Shown here piece after piece: positions 19,601 to 28,752 of a stretch of 64,000 nucleotides of DNA (positions are counted from its first letter, which is position 1; each line of letters begins with the position of its first letter). The notes beneath the pieces were generated by a model. That model searched no databases and was not told the origin of the DNA. It saw nothing but the letters and a program-made list of their open reading frames with translations. The stretch comes from Planctomycetota bacterium (GTDB taxonomy: Bacteria; Planctomycetota; Brocadiia; JAADGH01): the NCBI GenBank assembly GCA_040755855.1, contig JBFMAD010000005.1, positions 1 to 64,000 of the forward strand. Reading direction: 5' to 3'. The position numbers were made by a program, and so were the translations under genes.

Positions 19601-20049
19601 CCGATGAAGAGGACGTGCGCGCCCGTACCGAAAGGGTCGCGAATTGTGCGGACCACACGGCCACCCTTCCCTGGCCAGGCATAATCCGTGAAATCGTACC
19701 CTGTCAGATACAGCTTTCGACTTGCCGCGCCGACGGCCAAATTGCCCAAAACGAGGAGCGGCCCGCGTCCGAGCGCGGCCGGGTCTGTCGTATCTTCGAC
19801 CACGCGGGGCTTGTGGCCTGCACAGGCGACAATCGCATCGGCGAGCTTCTGCGCCGCCGTTTGCAGGTCATCGCGCGGCGGGCAAAGGATGGCGCAGTTT
19901 GGTGAGGCGAAATCCAGCTCAAGGTCGGGAAGGGGCCCCAATGGGGCGGGGACCTTTTCCTTATCTTCGGCATTTACCATTACATTCACCATTAAGATCG
20001 TACTGAGGAAGATCATGACCACAAGAAGAACCGAGGGGCAGGATTTCAT
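16642..20049 (-). CDS. Large exported protein with heparinase II/III-like core and C-terminal FG-GAP/PQQ-like beta-propeller
   Basis: Signal peptide; helical region with GNH and EDGGYH; GGGHSFQDAN; DLNGNG and DLTGDG loops; W-ending propeller blades. Confidence 0.65.
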   Translation of the reverse strand: MKSCPSVLLVVMIFLSTILMVNVMVNAEDKEKVPAPLGPLPDLELDFASPNCAILCPPRDDLQTAAQKLADAIVACAGHKPRVVEDTTDPAALGRGPLLVLGNLAVGAASRKLYLTGYDFTDYAWPGKGGRVVRTIRDPFGTGAHVLFIGGSYPEDIASATARAGEIIAKQGPRLRYVNDVKLGANADVIQGWTSEFLKNDVAWKREGSWGSWEYLLQIGKAGMGYLRTGDEAYLPIFKRELLYFFEHDVLHRKQETPSQIHSVIDAVLLPWDLFADHPFFKPEDRRDVDEKFLFLARTDEGPRPLRDQGWKLRGNHGLGRALDGFWLARYFQRRYGIEDAKEWFDMVDKFFAPQLTSSKPSEDGGYHQYGASLLCTLMYALAASKEDYLKSRALKEATDRTILDHWHGRGLMAYLGARAVSANDPGYLALMAHAGKDAYLKHCAGMGDSSVLGENFRSFCGFEAPEEKKELLGANIAPLDPMWHAQMKEGSGGTELRVTTSPEQSFDKLVLRDGYKPESFYLKIDGLGGGGHSFQDANCIIEYRDRGALWLREEYGYSGPTCSTIRQQNGLLVALNGQGPGGAHACARLLYVTKLSNGCDAAGCALDGLGDVAWQRHILRKQGAWTLVLDRAMAKKPGELFTERHWHIDGDVTAREDGVLSRQGSAAFHLQSAGPTKGGMSGTKNRVEIIRANIPADGCADMASLIYVDDKPSETRYGLAQTPKGWRVSDAKDGSTVYAAIQKDRLVASSDGVASDTAAPLTMLPAKPVVASACLQAVRLPWRKAMVGDEITAVAVGPDCIAAGTKRGSVVVMGLDGAERRRAKVGTLVLSLHFLKDDLLVGEEDGTITRFDATGKRLWGLTIPYVRMGWPHWSDQKSRIREITSADLNGNGEQDIILSNGDRRLYALTGSGKEIWKRAGGWGVCIALTPTIYQGKPFLFAGITGPTLAGQVVIIDAKGESVQGLQVTRMPSQQIRDIRLCDLTGDGKREIIVARDTPSNQIVACNEERNPIWQADVAGSPDAIAVRAVQGEAQLLCASRCGYLHAFAGATGKQLWFSYFGDEARILWPRKDDSIVAVCSSGNVFLVSGEGKLLGCETLGSPVTALLRPGEDRINPSVLPVGTADGTVRILGAM

Positions 20050-20114
20050 CTTATCTGTTCACCGTAGTTCTGGACAGATTTCTACACGTAGCCCGTTTCG
20101 CGCCTTCTCGGGGG

Positions 20115-20657
20115 CTACGATACCACGTAGAGCCGCATCCGTTCGTTCAACCCCGGCACCCGGGCGATGAGTTTGCGCCGGTCGCGTTCCGGCAACATGT
20201 CGCCCTTCCTAACGACCGCCTCGCAGACCGTGAGGACATATTCGAGGAAGCGAAGCTCGCTGAAATCCGTAATCTCTTCGTCCGGGAAGGCGCGCCCAAG
20301 GGCCAGGACGCAGAACTGCTGGGGGCGCAGCAGACCGGAAAGGCTCTTGTCGCAGTAATAGGACATGCACACGGCGGGGCGGAGGATCGAGAACATGCAG
20401 CCGTCGGCGTCGAGGAAGGGATTCACGCTCGCCTTGGCCGCGGCCGCATCGTGGATGGCATGGGCCTTGGGTTCAAGATCAATGAGAGGGCGGAACGTCT
20501 CATAGGCCCTCATGCACAGCCGCCGTTCGCAGCAGGGATCGAGGCAGTAGCGACAGGTGGTCTGCGATACCGAGTCGATGATCTCGATCGCCCGTCGGCG
20601 GAGCCTGTAATACTCCGGAGTGTCCCGCTCGTTCGTGGAGTTCACCACGATCTCCAT
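20115..20657 (-). CDS. Cys-rich hypothetical protein, YkgJ/CxxCxxCC-like
   Basis: CRYCLDPCC...FLDADGC...RPAVCMSYYC. Confidence 0.6.
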   Translation of the reverse strand: MEIVVNSTNERDTPEYYRLRRRAIEIIDSVSQTTCRYCLDPCCERRLCMRAYETFRPLIDLEPKAHAIHDAAAAKASVNPFLDADGCMFSILRPAVCMSYYCDKSLSGLLRPQQFCVLALGRAFPDEEITDFSELRFLEYVLTVCEAVVRKGDMLPERDRRKLIARVPGLNERMRLYVVS

Positions 20658-20813
20658 CTAGTTCGTTTTGCCGCATCATACCATATTCGGCCCTTTGATG
20701 CAACTCGGTGCTTCCACGCCGCCTGACGACGTGATGCTTCCACCGGCTTGACACCACACCTCAAAATAGGGTAAAAAGGATGATGGAGGATGATGTGAGA
20801 AAGGAGGAATTGT

Positions 20814-21290
20814 ATGGCTCTGTTTGATGTGCGGGAACTGATAGCGGTGGCGATTAAGGACGAAGAGACGGGCATCGCTTTCTATCGGGCGCTGGCCCAG
20901 GCGACGCGGAACCCGAAGGTGAAGGAACGCTGCCGGGAGATCGCCAAGCAGGAGGAGCACCACGCCGAGCGCTTTCAGGGCATGTTGGATGGTCTCGGAG
21001 ACTATCGGCCCAAAGGCGACTACTCCGGGGAGTATGAGGACTACCTGAAGGCGCTCCTTGACTCACGGGCCTTCCCCGAGCCGGCGAAGGCGGCGGCAAA
21101 GGCCAAGGCGGTGAAGAGCGACGCCGAGGCGATAGACATCGCCATGCGCCTCGAAAAGGATACGCTCATCTTCCTGGAGGAGATGAAGGGATACACGCGC
21201 GACGCGGACATCAAGGAGGTGGATGAGGTAATCAAGGAAGAACGCCTTCACCTGAAGGACCTGGCCCAGCTCAAGGCGTCGCTGAAGTGA
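20814..21290 (+). CDS. Rubrerythrin/ferritin-like di-iron protein
   Basis: AIKDEETG..FY, EEHH, MRLEKDT and EERLH motifs. RBS AGGAGG. Confidence 0.9.
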   Translation: MALFDVRELIAVAIKDEETGIAFYRALAQATRNPKVKERCREIAKQEEHHAERFQGMLDGLGDYRPKGDYSGEYEDYLKALLDSRAFPEPAKAAAKAKAVKSDAEAIDIAMRLEKDTLIFLEEMKGYTRDADIKEVDEVIKEERLHLKDLAQLKASLK

Positions 21291-21294
21291 CGCC

Positions 21295-22047
21295 TCAGCC
21301 GTAGAACGAGCTTTTCATGTGCCGGCCGCCGTCCACAAAGATCACCTGGCCGGTGATGAACTCGTTCTTGACAAGGAAGAGCACGGCGTCCGTAACCGCT
21401 CTCACCTCGATGGCGCGCTGCAGGGGCATGGTGGTGACGAGGCGCTTCACGTAGGCATCGTCCTCCCCCCGCGGTGGGAGGACCAGCCCCGGCGCGACGG
21501 CGTTGACGCGGACTTTAGGCGCGAATTCCATCGCCATCATCCGGGTGAGCGAGTGGAGCATTCGTTTGCTCAGGTGGTAGGCGACGTTTTTCTTGTCATA
21601 CTCGACGATTCGGTTGTCGAGGAAGTTGATAATCACCCCTTCCTGTCCCTGTGCAACGAACGCACGTGAGACCTGCAGGGGGGCCATGGTGTTGATCTGG
21701 ACGTTGCGGGCCAGGTCTTCTACCGTGAAATCCGCGAGCAGGCTCGGCTCGAAGATCGCCGCGTTGTTGATGAGGATATGGATCGATCCCGCGGTTTGTC
21801 GAGCTTGTTGGAACAGACCCGTTGCCTCCTCGGGCCGGGAGAGGTCGGCTTGAATTGTCCATGCCTTCCGGCCCATGTTTCGAATCGCCTGCGTCGCTTC
21901 CTCCGCCTCGTTTCGAGACGAACGGTAGTGCAGGACGATATCCGCGCCCTCGGCGGCCAGGGCCAGGGCCGTCGCCCGCCCGAGACGCTTCGCCCCGCCG
22001 GTCACGAGGGCGGTTTTCCCGAATAGGGGATGGGAGTGTGTATCCAT
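21295..22047 (-). CDS. SDR oxidoreductase, pteridine reductase/FolM-like
   Basis: TGGAKRLG, LHYRSS, NNAAIF, YHLSK and RVNAVAPG motifs. Confidence 0.85.
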   Translation of the reverse strand: MDTHSHPLFGKTALVTGGAKRLGRATALALAAEGADIVLHYRSSRNEAEEATQAIRNMGRKAWTIQADLSRPEEATGLFQQARQTAGSIHILINNAAIFEPSLLADFTVEDLARNVQINTMAPLQVSRAFVAQGQEGVIINFLDNRIVEYDKKNVAYHLSKRMLHSLTRMMAMEFAPKVRVNAVAPGLVLPPRGEDDAYVKRLVTTMPLQRAIEVRAVTDAVLFLVKNEFITGQVIFVDGGRHMKSSFYG

Positions 22048-22206
22048 TTCTGTCTCCACGATGCTTCGCGCGTGGAACATTGTAACCGAGCAGGGGCGCA
22101 TGTCGCAAACAGAAATCTTATTGAACCGGGGCACTGACTTTGCGATGATGTATACGTTATATCCTCACAGGACAAGGTGCGAACGACCAGGAAGGAGTCG
22201 CGTGCC

Positions 22207-24693
22207 ATGAAATCGGTCGTGCCACGTCTCGCCGTTGCCGTGTTGCTTGCCGCATTTTCCCTGCCCCGAACATCGGTCCCCCAGAGTCGAACGAAACCGG
22301 TCCCGCCGGAGCGGATCCTGCCGGATCGCACGTTGGCGCTGCTGTCGGTCTCTGACTGGTCCCGCACAAAGGAGCGATTCAAGGAGACGGCGTTGCACGA
22401 CATCTGGCAGGAGGCCGCAATCAAGGAATTCGTGAGGCCGATCACGACCAAGATTGACGAGGTCCTTGATCGCCTTCGCGCCGAGTGCCGGGAGGGGCTT
22501 GGGATGGAACTGGACAGCTTGGCGGTCCTGTTCCAGGGAGGGGTCCATATCGGGGTGGTGGGCATTCGTGTCCAGAAGAAGGCCTCGGCGGCGGACGTGG
22601 GGGACGACCCCAGGGTGGTCCGGATGCTGACGCGTATTGCGACCCAGGAGAGGGTGTTCAAGGCGCAGGTGGAGGTGGACCAGGACGGCGACGGCGTGGG
22701 CGAGTACGGCCTTCTCGGGGAGCTTGCCGGCGAACTGGCCCGGCGGCCGAAGAAGAAGGAGCGGATCGCCCCTCCCTACCTCGGCACGGCATGTGCTACC
22801 GGCGGATCGGGTGGGAAGGGCTATGCAAGCGCGGACGGGTATCTCTATCGCGTGCTCCTGCCGACGGGACCCGCCGGCGCAGGTGATGATCGCGTGCTGG
22901 GTGGAACCGGCGGCCGGGGCGGTCCGTCGGCCGCCGCCCCGGCGATTGAGGCGCAGGAGCAGCATTTCCTCATCTATGCCTGGCCGATCAAGAGAGGCGA
23001 GGCGGATCGGGCCTATTTCGTCAACGAGAACGGGCGCGTGTATTCGGCCTCGATGCAGGCCCAGGGCTACAGCGGCGACGCCAAGCCGAAACCCGATGCG
23101 GCGTTTCTCCCCAACGAACCCCTGTTCACCGGAAAGGTGGGTGGGCGGGGAAATGACGGGAACCACTGGCGTCCGGTCGGCCAGGAGGAGGGAGTTCCCA
23201 CCGGGCTGAATGTGTCGGCGGAGGTGGCGTTGATACTCTCGCCCCATGACGTGAAGGCGGCCAGGGCCACGATCGAGCGCCTTGAAGGCACAGTGAAGCT
23301 TGCCGACGCCAAGCTCAAGACGGAAAAAATGAAGATCGAGGGGGTCGAAGTGACCAAGATGTGGTACGAGGGCGAGACGGTAAGAGACGCCTCGTATCAT
23401 GCATGGCTGGGGCCGACGTTCGTCCTGACGCTGGGCGCACCCAAGGATGCCATCGAAAAAATTGTGGATAAATGGCGCCGGAAGGCGGACGAAGTCCTGG
23501 ACGTCTCCCCATCCTTTGCAGCGGTCAAGGACCATGTCGAGATGGACAAGGCGGAAATCTCGCTCTACATTGCCGCCGCCCAGATTACCGAGAAGGTGCA
23601 GGAGCAGATGGAGGAGGCAAAGCGGTCAATTCTCCCGGCGACTGGCCTGCCCGGAGTCGAGGCTGTCGGCGCGTCGCTTACGTTTGAGGGCCGCGGCATC
23701 AAAGACGTCCTCTACATCCACTCTCCGGAGCCGCGGCGGGGCGTCCCTCGGCTGTTGTCGCCGAAGCCGCTCGATCAGGACCTCGTTCGGATCGTGCCGC
23801 AGGAGGCGGCGTTCTGCGTCGTGTCCCGGTTCAATCCCACCGTCCTCTGGGAGGAGATCGAAAAACTTGTGGAGGCCGCCGGGCCGGAGACGGAGATCAA
23901 ATTTCGGGACGGGGTCGCAAAATTCCAGGAGCAGTTCGGACTGGATGTGCCTAAGGACTTGATCCCGACGTTTGGGGATACGCTGATAGTTTACCGCGAA
24001 CCGGTCCCACAGGGGCCAATCGTTCTGGGGTTGCTGGACTGGACGTTTATCCTTAAGGTCAAGGATCGGACGAAATCTGACGGATGCGTCGAAACGCTGC
24101 GCCGGCTTCTTGCGCAGCTTGCGACCGCATCCGCCCAAAAGGCCCGCGCCGGCGAGCCGGCGCCGGAAGCGGCGCTGCAAGCCCAATGGGCAAGCACTCC
24201 ACATAACGGGGCGGAGGTTCACACGCTCATGGTCCCCGGCTTTGCCTTCGGTCAGCCCTCTTATGCTCTCGCAAAGGACTATCTGGTCTTCGGCGTGCAC
24301 CCGCTGCGGGTCCAGAGGGCGCTGGATCGTTTAGATGCAAAGGACATGGGGATCGCGGAGCAGCCGGACTTCAAACAAGCGCTGGCAAAGGTCGGGCCGG
24401 GCTACGGCTCCCTATGTTATGTGGACATGAAACGGGCCTTTGGGCAGATCCGGGGAATCCTCTCCACCGTCGCGGCTATGGCCGGCCCGAACGCCCTCGT
24501 GGACGCCTCCAAGCTGCCCGCTGTCACGGCGATCGAGCAGCACCTGTTCGGCCATCTCACCGTCTGCAGGAGCGACAGCAAGGGAATCAGCATCGTCGGG
24601 TATTCGCCGACCGGCAGCGTCGGCGCGCTGGCCGTGGCGGGGGGAAGCATACTCGGAGCGGCGGCCCTCCCGAAGGTCTTCGGTCCCCGGTAG
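22207..24693 (+). CDS. Exported DUF3352-like scaffold protein with an internal pilin-head-like (DUF2950-like) insertion
   Basis: Signal peptide; collinear with 26251-28587 except for an insert of about 200 aa (DQDGDGVGEY...GYLY...YAWP...AYFVNENG...GNDGNHW). Confidence 0.7.
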   Translation: MKSVVPRLAVAVLLAAFSLPRTSVPQSRTKPVPPERILPDRTLALLSVSDWSRTKERFKETALHDIWQEAAIKEFVRPITTKIDEVLDRLRAECREGLGMELDSLAVLFQGGVHIGVVGIRVQKKASAADVGDDPRVVRMLTRIATQERVFKAQVEVDQDGDGVGEYGLLGELAGELARRPKKKERIAPPYLGTACATGGSGGKGYASADGYLYRVLLPTGPAGAGDDRVLGGTGGRGGPSAAAPAIEAQEQHFLIYAWPIKRGEADRAYFVNENGRVYSASMQAQGYSGDAKPKPDAAFLPNEPLFTGKVGGRGNDGNHWRPVGQEEGVPTGLNVSAEVALILSPHDVKAARATIERLEGTVKLADAKLKTEKMKIEGVEVTKMWYEGETVRDASYHAWLGPTFVLTLGAPKDAIEKIVDKWRRKADEVLDVSPSFAAVKDHVEMDKAEISLYIAAAQITEKVQEQMEEAKRSILPATGLPGVEAVGASLTFEGRGIKDVLYIHSPEPRRGVPRLLSPKPLDQDLVRIVPQEAAFCVVSRFNPTVLWEEIEKLVEAAGPETEIKFRDGVAKFQEQFGLDVPKDLIPTFGDTLIVYREPVPQGPIVLGLLDWTFILKVKDRTKSDGCVETLRRLLAQLATASAQKARAGEPAPEAALQAQWASTPHNGAEVHTLMVPGFAFGQPSYALAKDYLVFGVHPLRVQRALDRLDAKDMGIAEQPDFKQALAKVGPGYGSLCYVDMKRAFGQIRGILSTVAAMAGPNALVDASKLPAVTAIEQHLFGHLTVCRSDSKGISIVGYSPTGSVGALAVAGGSILGAAALPKVFGPR

Positions 24694-24718
24694 GGGGAAA
24701 ACGGAAGGAGATTAGTGA

Positions 24719-26215
24719 ATGGACGCAAGGACGGATGCTGCTCATTTCATGTTCGGTAGAAGGGCCGTTCCTGCTCGACTGGGGCGCGGATGCGGCGAAT
24801 GGCCAGGGAGCGTTTGGATTCTGTGGCTCGTCCTTTTGCAGACGGCGGTCAGCATGTGCTATGCAGCGATCAATGTGCGCGACCATGGCGCAAAAGGCGA
24901 CAAGAAGACAGTGGATACGCCCGCAATCCAGGCGGCGGTGGACGCGGCGGTGAAGAAGGGCGGGGATACCGTCGTCCTCCCACCGGGCGACTATCTATCG
25001 GGCGCGATCTATTTGCGCAGCAATATCACGCTGCAGATCGAAGCGGGCGCGACGCTCTGGGCCAGCACGGACCCGAAGGACTACCCCGAAAAACGCAACA
25101 AATTGCTCCTGGCGGATGAGGCGGAACGGGTCTCGGTGATCGGTCCGGGAGCGATCAACGGCCAGGGCACGGCCGATTACGGCGACCGATGGGGCGTACC
25201 CGATAAACCCAAATTCCGCGTTGGCGTGTTGCTCTTCGAAAACTGCCGGGATGTATCCATCCGCGACCTGAAAATCCTATACAGCGACTCCTGGACGCTC
25301 CACCTCAAGGGCTGCGAGCGGGTGCGGATTGACAAGGTGACCATCCGCAACAACTACCGCCGGCTCAACTCGGACGGCATTGATCCAAACTCGTGCCGCG
25401 ACGTGCGGATTACCCGATGCGATATTGTCGCCGGGGACGATTGCATCGTGCTGAAGTCCACCGACCCCGCCCCATGCGAAAACATCGTGGTGGAGGACTG
25501 CATCCTGGAAAGCGCCGCTTCCGCCCTGAAGCTGGGCACGGAATCCAAGGGCGACTTTCGCGACATCCGCTTCTCCAACTGCACGATCCGCAACTCGCCC
25601 ACCGGAGTGGGACTTTACCTGAAGGATGGGGCCGTGATGGAACGGATCACATTCTCCAACCTGTCCATTGAGACCCCGAAGGAGACCGTGCGCACGGTTA
25701 CACCTCTGTTCATTGACATCGAGAAGCGGCACGCGGATTCACCCATTGGCAAGATTCATGACGTGACTTTTCGAGACATCCAGATTCGAAGCGGCAGCGG
25801 CGCTCTCCTGCAGGGCATGCCGGAGGGCGCGATCCAGAAACTCACGCTGCAAAACGTGACCTTCCATGCCGATTGGGCCGACGACTACGCCCAACGCAAG
25901 AAGCCCGTCGGCGGCAGGCGCACCACGCGGGACGAGCGCGACACCCTGTATGCCCGATTGCCGTCGTACGTGACGATAGCGCACGCTCGTGGCCTTACCG
26001 TGGAAAACCTCCGCGTCATTATTGCAGGCGAGACCTTTCGCCAGTTTCCGCGCTCCGCGCTGTCGCTGAACGAGTGTGACGGGGGCGTGGTCCGTAATGT
26101 GTCCCGCGAGCCCGCTGGGCAGGCGGGCCAGCCGCCGGCGATAGCCCTCCACAACTGCAAGGACATGGACGTTGCAGATCATCCAGCGGTTCCGGTGCGG
26201 GAGAACCCGCGTTGA
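24719..26215 (+). CDS. GH28-like (polygalacturonase-type) beta-helix glycoside hydrolase
   Basis: NVRDHGAKGD, AIQAAVD, PPGDYLSG, NSDGID, GDDCIVLKS and KLGTES motifs. Start codon uncertain. Confidence 0.85.
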   Translation: MDARTDAAHFMFGRRAVPARLGRGCGEWPGSVWILWLVLLQTAVSMCYAAINVRDHGAKGDKKTVDTPAIQAAVDAAVKKGGDTVVLPPGDYLSGAIYLRSNITLQIEAGATLWASTDPKDYPEKRNKLLLADEAERVSVIGPGAINGQGTADYGDRWGVPDKPKFRVGVLLFENCRDVSIRDLKILYSDSWTLHLKGCERVRIDKVTIRNNYRRLNSDGIDPNSCRDVRITRCDIVAGDDCIVLKSTDPAPCENIVVEDCILESAASALKLGTESKGDFRDIRFSNCTIRNSPTGVGLYLKDGAVMERITFSNLSIETPKETVRTVTPLFIDIEKRHADSPIGKIHDVTFRDIQIRSGSGALLQGMPEGAIQKLTLQNVTFHADWADDYAQRKKPVGGRRTTRDERDTLYARLPSYVTIAHARGLTVENLRVIIAGETFRQFPRSALSLNECDGGVVRNVSREPAGQAGQPPAIALHNCKDMDVADHPAVPVRENPR

Positions 26216-26250
26216 ACGCAATCCCTTTTTCATTTCGGAAAGGAACGCCA

Positions 26251-28587
26251 ATGGAAAGACACAGGTTGGTGAGGATTGCAATTGCGGCGGTGGTCCTCCT
26301 CTGTACAGCGTTGGGAGTAGCCTCCGCCCAGGACGCCCCGCAGCCCTTCCGCCCGGAGCGATGCCTGCCGTCGGACACGATCGCCTACGCGGAGATACCG
26401 GACTTCGAGGCCACGACGGCCCGGTTCAAAGAAACAGCCATCTACAAGATCTGGTCGGAGCCGGAAGTCCAGATCTTTGCCGCGCCCATCAAGGACTACA
26501 TCTCGAAGAAGTTTGGCGAACTCAAGGACAAGTTCCTTGCCGAGGTCGGCATCCCGTTCGACGAGCTCTACACCGCCTTCTCCGGCCAGATCGCCGGGGC
26601 GTTGATCAGCGTCAACATCCCCGCCGCTGAGGCGGGCCGGCCGAGGCCCGAGAGCGGCCCGGACGTGGTGGAGGCGGCGATCTTCCTGACGCCGAAGGAG
26701 CCGGACCGCGTGAAGGCGCTCATCGCCGCCCTGCACGCCTACGTCCAACAGAAGGAAAAGAATACCATTGAGACGGCGAACTACAACGGCGTCGCCGTCA
26801 CCGAGATCTATAAGCAGACAAAACTCTCTGACCCGACGCTGGCCCATGCCTGGCTGGGCGGGACGTTCGTCCTGACCATTGGCCCGCGAAAGAAGACGAT
26901 GGAGAATGTCCTCTCCCGATGGCGAGGGCCGGCCGAGCCGCTGGGGCAGGCGAAGGGAACGCTCCTGCAGAATGAGGACCTGGCCGCCGTTCGCAAGCGG
27001 GTTGCCCGCGAGCACACCGATTTGTTTGCCTACCTTAACGTGGACTGTCTGCTCAAGAATCTGGATGCCCACATCAAACCGGACATCCTCCCGATGCTGG
27101 CCGCCGCAGGGCTCTACTCCATCAAGGGGGTCTGCTACAACCTCACCTTCGAGGGTCCGGCCTTTCGTGATGTGGTGTATATCCGGACAACCCCGCAGAA
27201 GGAGGGCTTTGTCCATGCCCTCTCGCCGGCTCCCCTCGATGAGGGGGTGTTGGATGAAGTGCCGGCGGAGGCCACGATGTTTGCCGCCACGCGGTTCAAC
27301 CCCACCGTCCTCTGGCAGGCCATTGACGGGTTCGCCACGTCCTTCGGTCCCGAGAAGTACGCCAAGTTCCGCCAGGCTATCACCGATGCCAACGACTTTC
27401 TCGAGACCGACATCGAGAAGGACATCATCCCCGCCTTCGGCGACCATGCCATCCTCTACAGCCAGCCGTCGCAGATGGGACCGATGATGTTTGGCCTGCT
27501 CGATTTCGTCGCCATCGTCCACCTCAAGGACAAGGTAAAGGCCGAGGTGGCCGGGGAGTTGCTCCGACAGAAGACAACGGAAATGGTGGCGAAACAGGCC
27601 CAGGAGGGTGCCGCGGCGGTCCCCTTCTACTGGCAGTCCATTCCCCACGGCAATACGACGATCCACTACGTCACCATCACCGCCGCGCCCATCCCGTTTC
27701 TGATGCCGTGCTACGCGATCGCCGCCGACAAGGCGGTCATCGGACTGTCCCTCCAGACAGTGCAGGGCGCCTTGACCCAACTCGCAAAACCGGGGCCGGG
27801 GATTCGCACGCGACCGGACTTCGCGGAGGTCTATCCCAAGGTATCGAAGGGGGCGGGCCTTATCGCCTACTCGGATGTCAAGGCCAATTTCCCCCAGGTG
27901 CACGCCATTCTGAGCACGATCCTGACGGGGGCGCAGGTAGCGCTCAACGCCGCCCCGGGCGAGGACAAACTGATGTTCGACATGGCGCAGTTCCCCCCGG
28001 CGGAGGTCTTCGTGCGCCACCTCTTCGGGAGCGTATTGATCGTCAAGGGGGAGGAGGAAGGCATTCTTGTGGAATCCTACTCCCCCGGCAACTCCCTGGC
28101 CGGCGTCGGCGGCGTGGCCATTGCCGCCGCCGTGGCTATTCCAAGCCTTACAAATGCCCGCGGCGCGGCGCGGCAAGCGAAGTGCATGAGCGATCTCAGA
28201 CAAATCGGCCTGGGTATTGCGATGTATGCCAATGATTTCAACGACCAATTCCCGCCCGACCTGAAGACATTGCACCCCAAGTATGTTTCGACGAGAGACG
28301 TGTTCAGGTGTCCCATAGACAATGCGCCGCGAAAGGAGCAATGGGGAGATCAGGAAGTCGAGATCAGCTACGACTACATCTTCATCCCCGTCGGCCTTGC
28401 GGCCGTTGAGCAACCATCGGGGACGATCATAGCCTTCGACTCTGCGCCGAGACATGAGAACAAGCGAACGGCGCTGTTCGTTGACGGTCACGTGGAGTTG
28501 CTGACCGAACAGATATTCCAGGAGAGGATTGCCGCGCAGAAGTGGAAACCGGCCGGCTGGCAGCCGCCCAAGGTGGATGCGCCCTGA
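26251..28587 (+). CDS. Exported DUF3352-like scaffold with C-terminal DUF1559/H-X9-DG pilin-like domain
   Basis: Signal peptide ending ASA; C-terminal AIPSLTNARGAARQAKCMSDLRQIG...FRCP...HENKRTALFVDGHVE. Confidence 0.8.
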   Translation: MERHRLVRIAIAAVVLLCTALGVASAQDAPQPFRPERCLPSDTIAYAEIPDFEATTARFKETAIYKIWSEPEVQIFAAPIKDYISKKFGELKDKFLAEVGIPFDELYTAFSGQIAGALISVNIPAAEAGRPRPESGPDVVEAAIFLTPKEPDRVKALIAALHAYVQQKEKNTIETANYNGVAVTEIYKQTKLSDPTLAHAWLGGTFVLTIGPRKKTMENVLSRWRGPAEPLGQAKGTLLQNEDLAAVRKRVAREHTDLFAYLNVDCLLKNLDAHIKPDILPMLAAAGLYSIKGVCYNLTFEGPAFRDVVYIRTTPQKEGFVHALSPAPLDEGVLDEVPAEATMFAATRFNPTVLWQAIDGFATSFGPEKYAKFRQAITDANDFLETDIEKDIIPAFGDHAILYSQPSQMGPMMFGLLDFVAIVHLKDKVKAEVAGELLRQKTTEMVAKQAQEGAAAVPFYWQSIPHGNTTIHYVTITAAPIPFLMPCYAIAADKAVIGLSLQTVQGALTQLAKPGPGIRTRPDFAEVYPKVSKGAGLIAYSDVKANFPQVHAILSTILTGAQVALNAAPGEDKLMFDMAQFPPAEVFVRHLFGSVLIVKGEEEGILVESYSPGNSLAGVGGVAIAAAVAIPSLTNARGAARQAKCMSDLRQIGLGIAMYANDFNDQFPPDLKTLHPKYVSTRDVFRCPIDNAPRKEQWGDQEVEISYDYIFIPVGLAAVEQPSGTIIAFDSAPRHENKRTALFVDGHVELLTEQIFQERIAAQKWKPAGWQPPKVDAP

Positions 28588-28671
28588 CGTGTTGCGTCGG
28601 TGGGGTTCGAGGTATCTGTTCGCCATTCGCCGTTTGACGCCCTTTCACACACGGGGCCGATTTGAAAAACC

Positions 28672-28700
28672 TTGACACCTTTTCCCCCAACTGATACAAT
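28672..28700 (+). promoter_or_regulatory. sigma70 promoter for the queD operon
   Basis: TTGACA-17-TACAAT with extended -10 TG. Confidence 0.75.
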
Positions 28701-28752
28701 GCCCTGTAGTGGTGGAAAAGGCGGCGAGTTGCCTTGAAGGCAAAGGGTTAAT

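Noticed and set aside
28701..28752. preQ1 riboswitch upstream of queD
   Set aside because: I could not find the characteristic stem with an A-rich tail; an Rfam scan would settle it.
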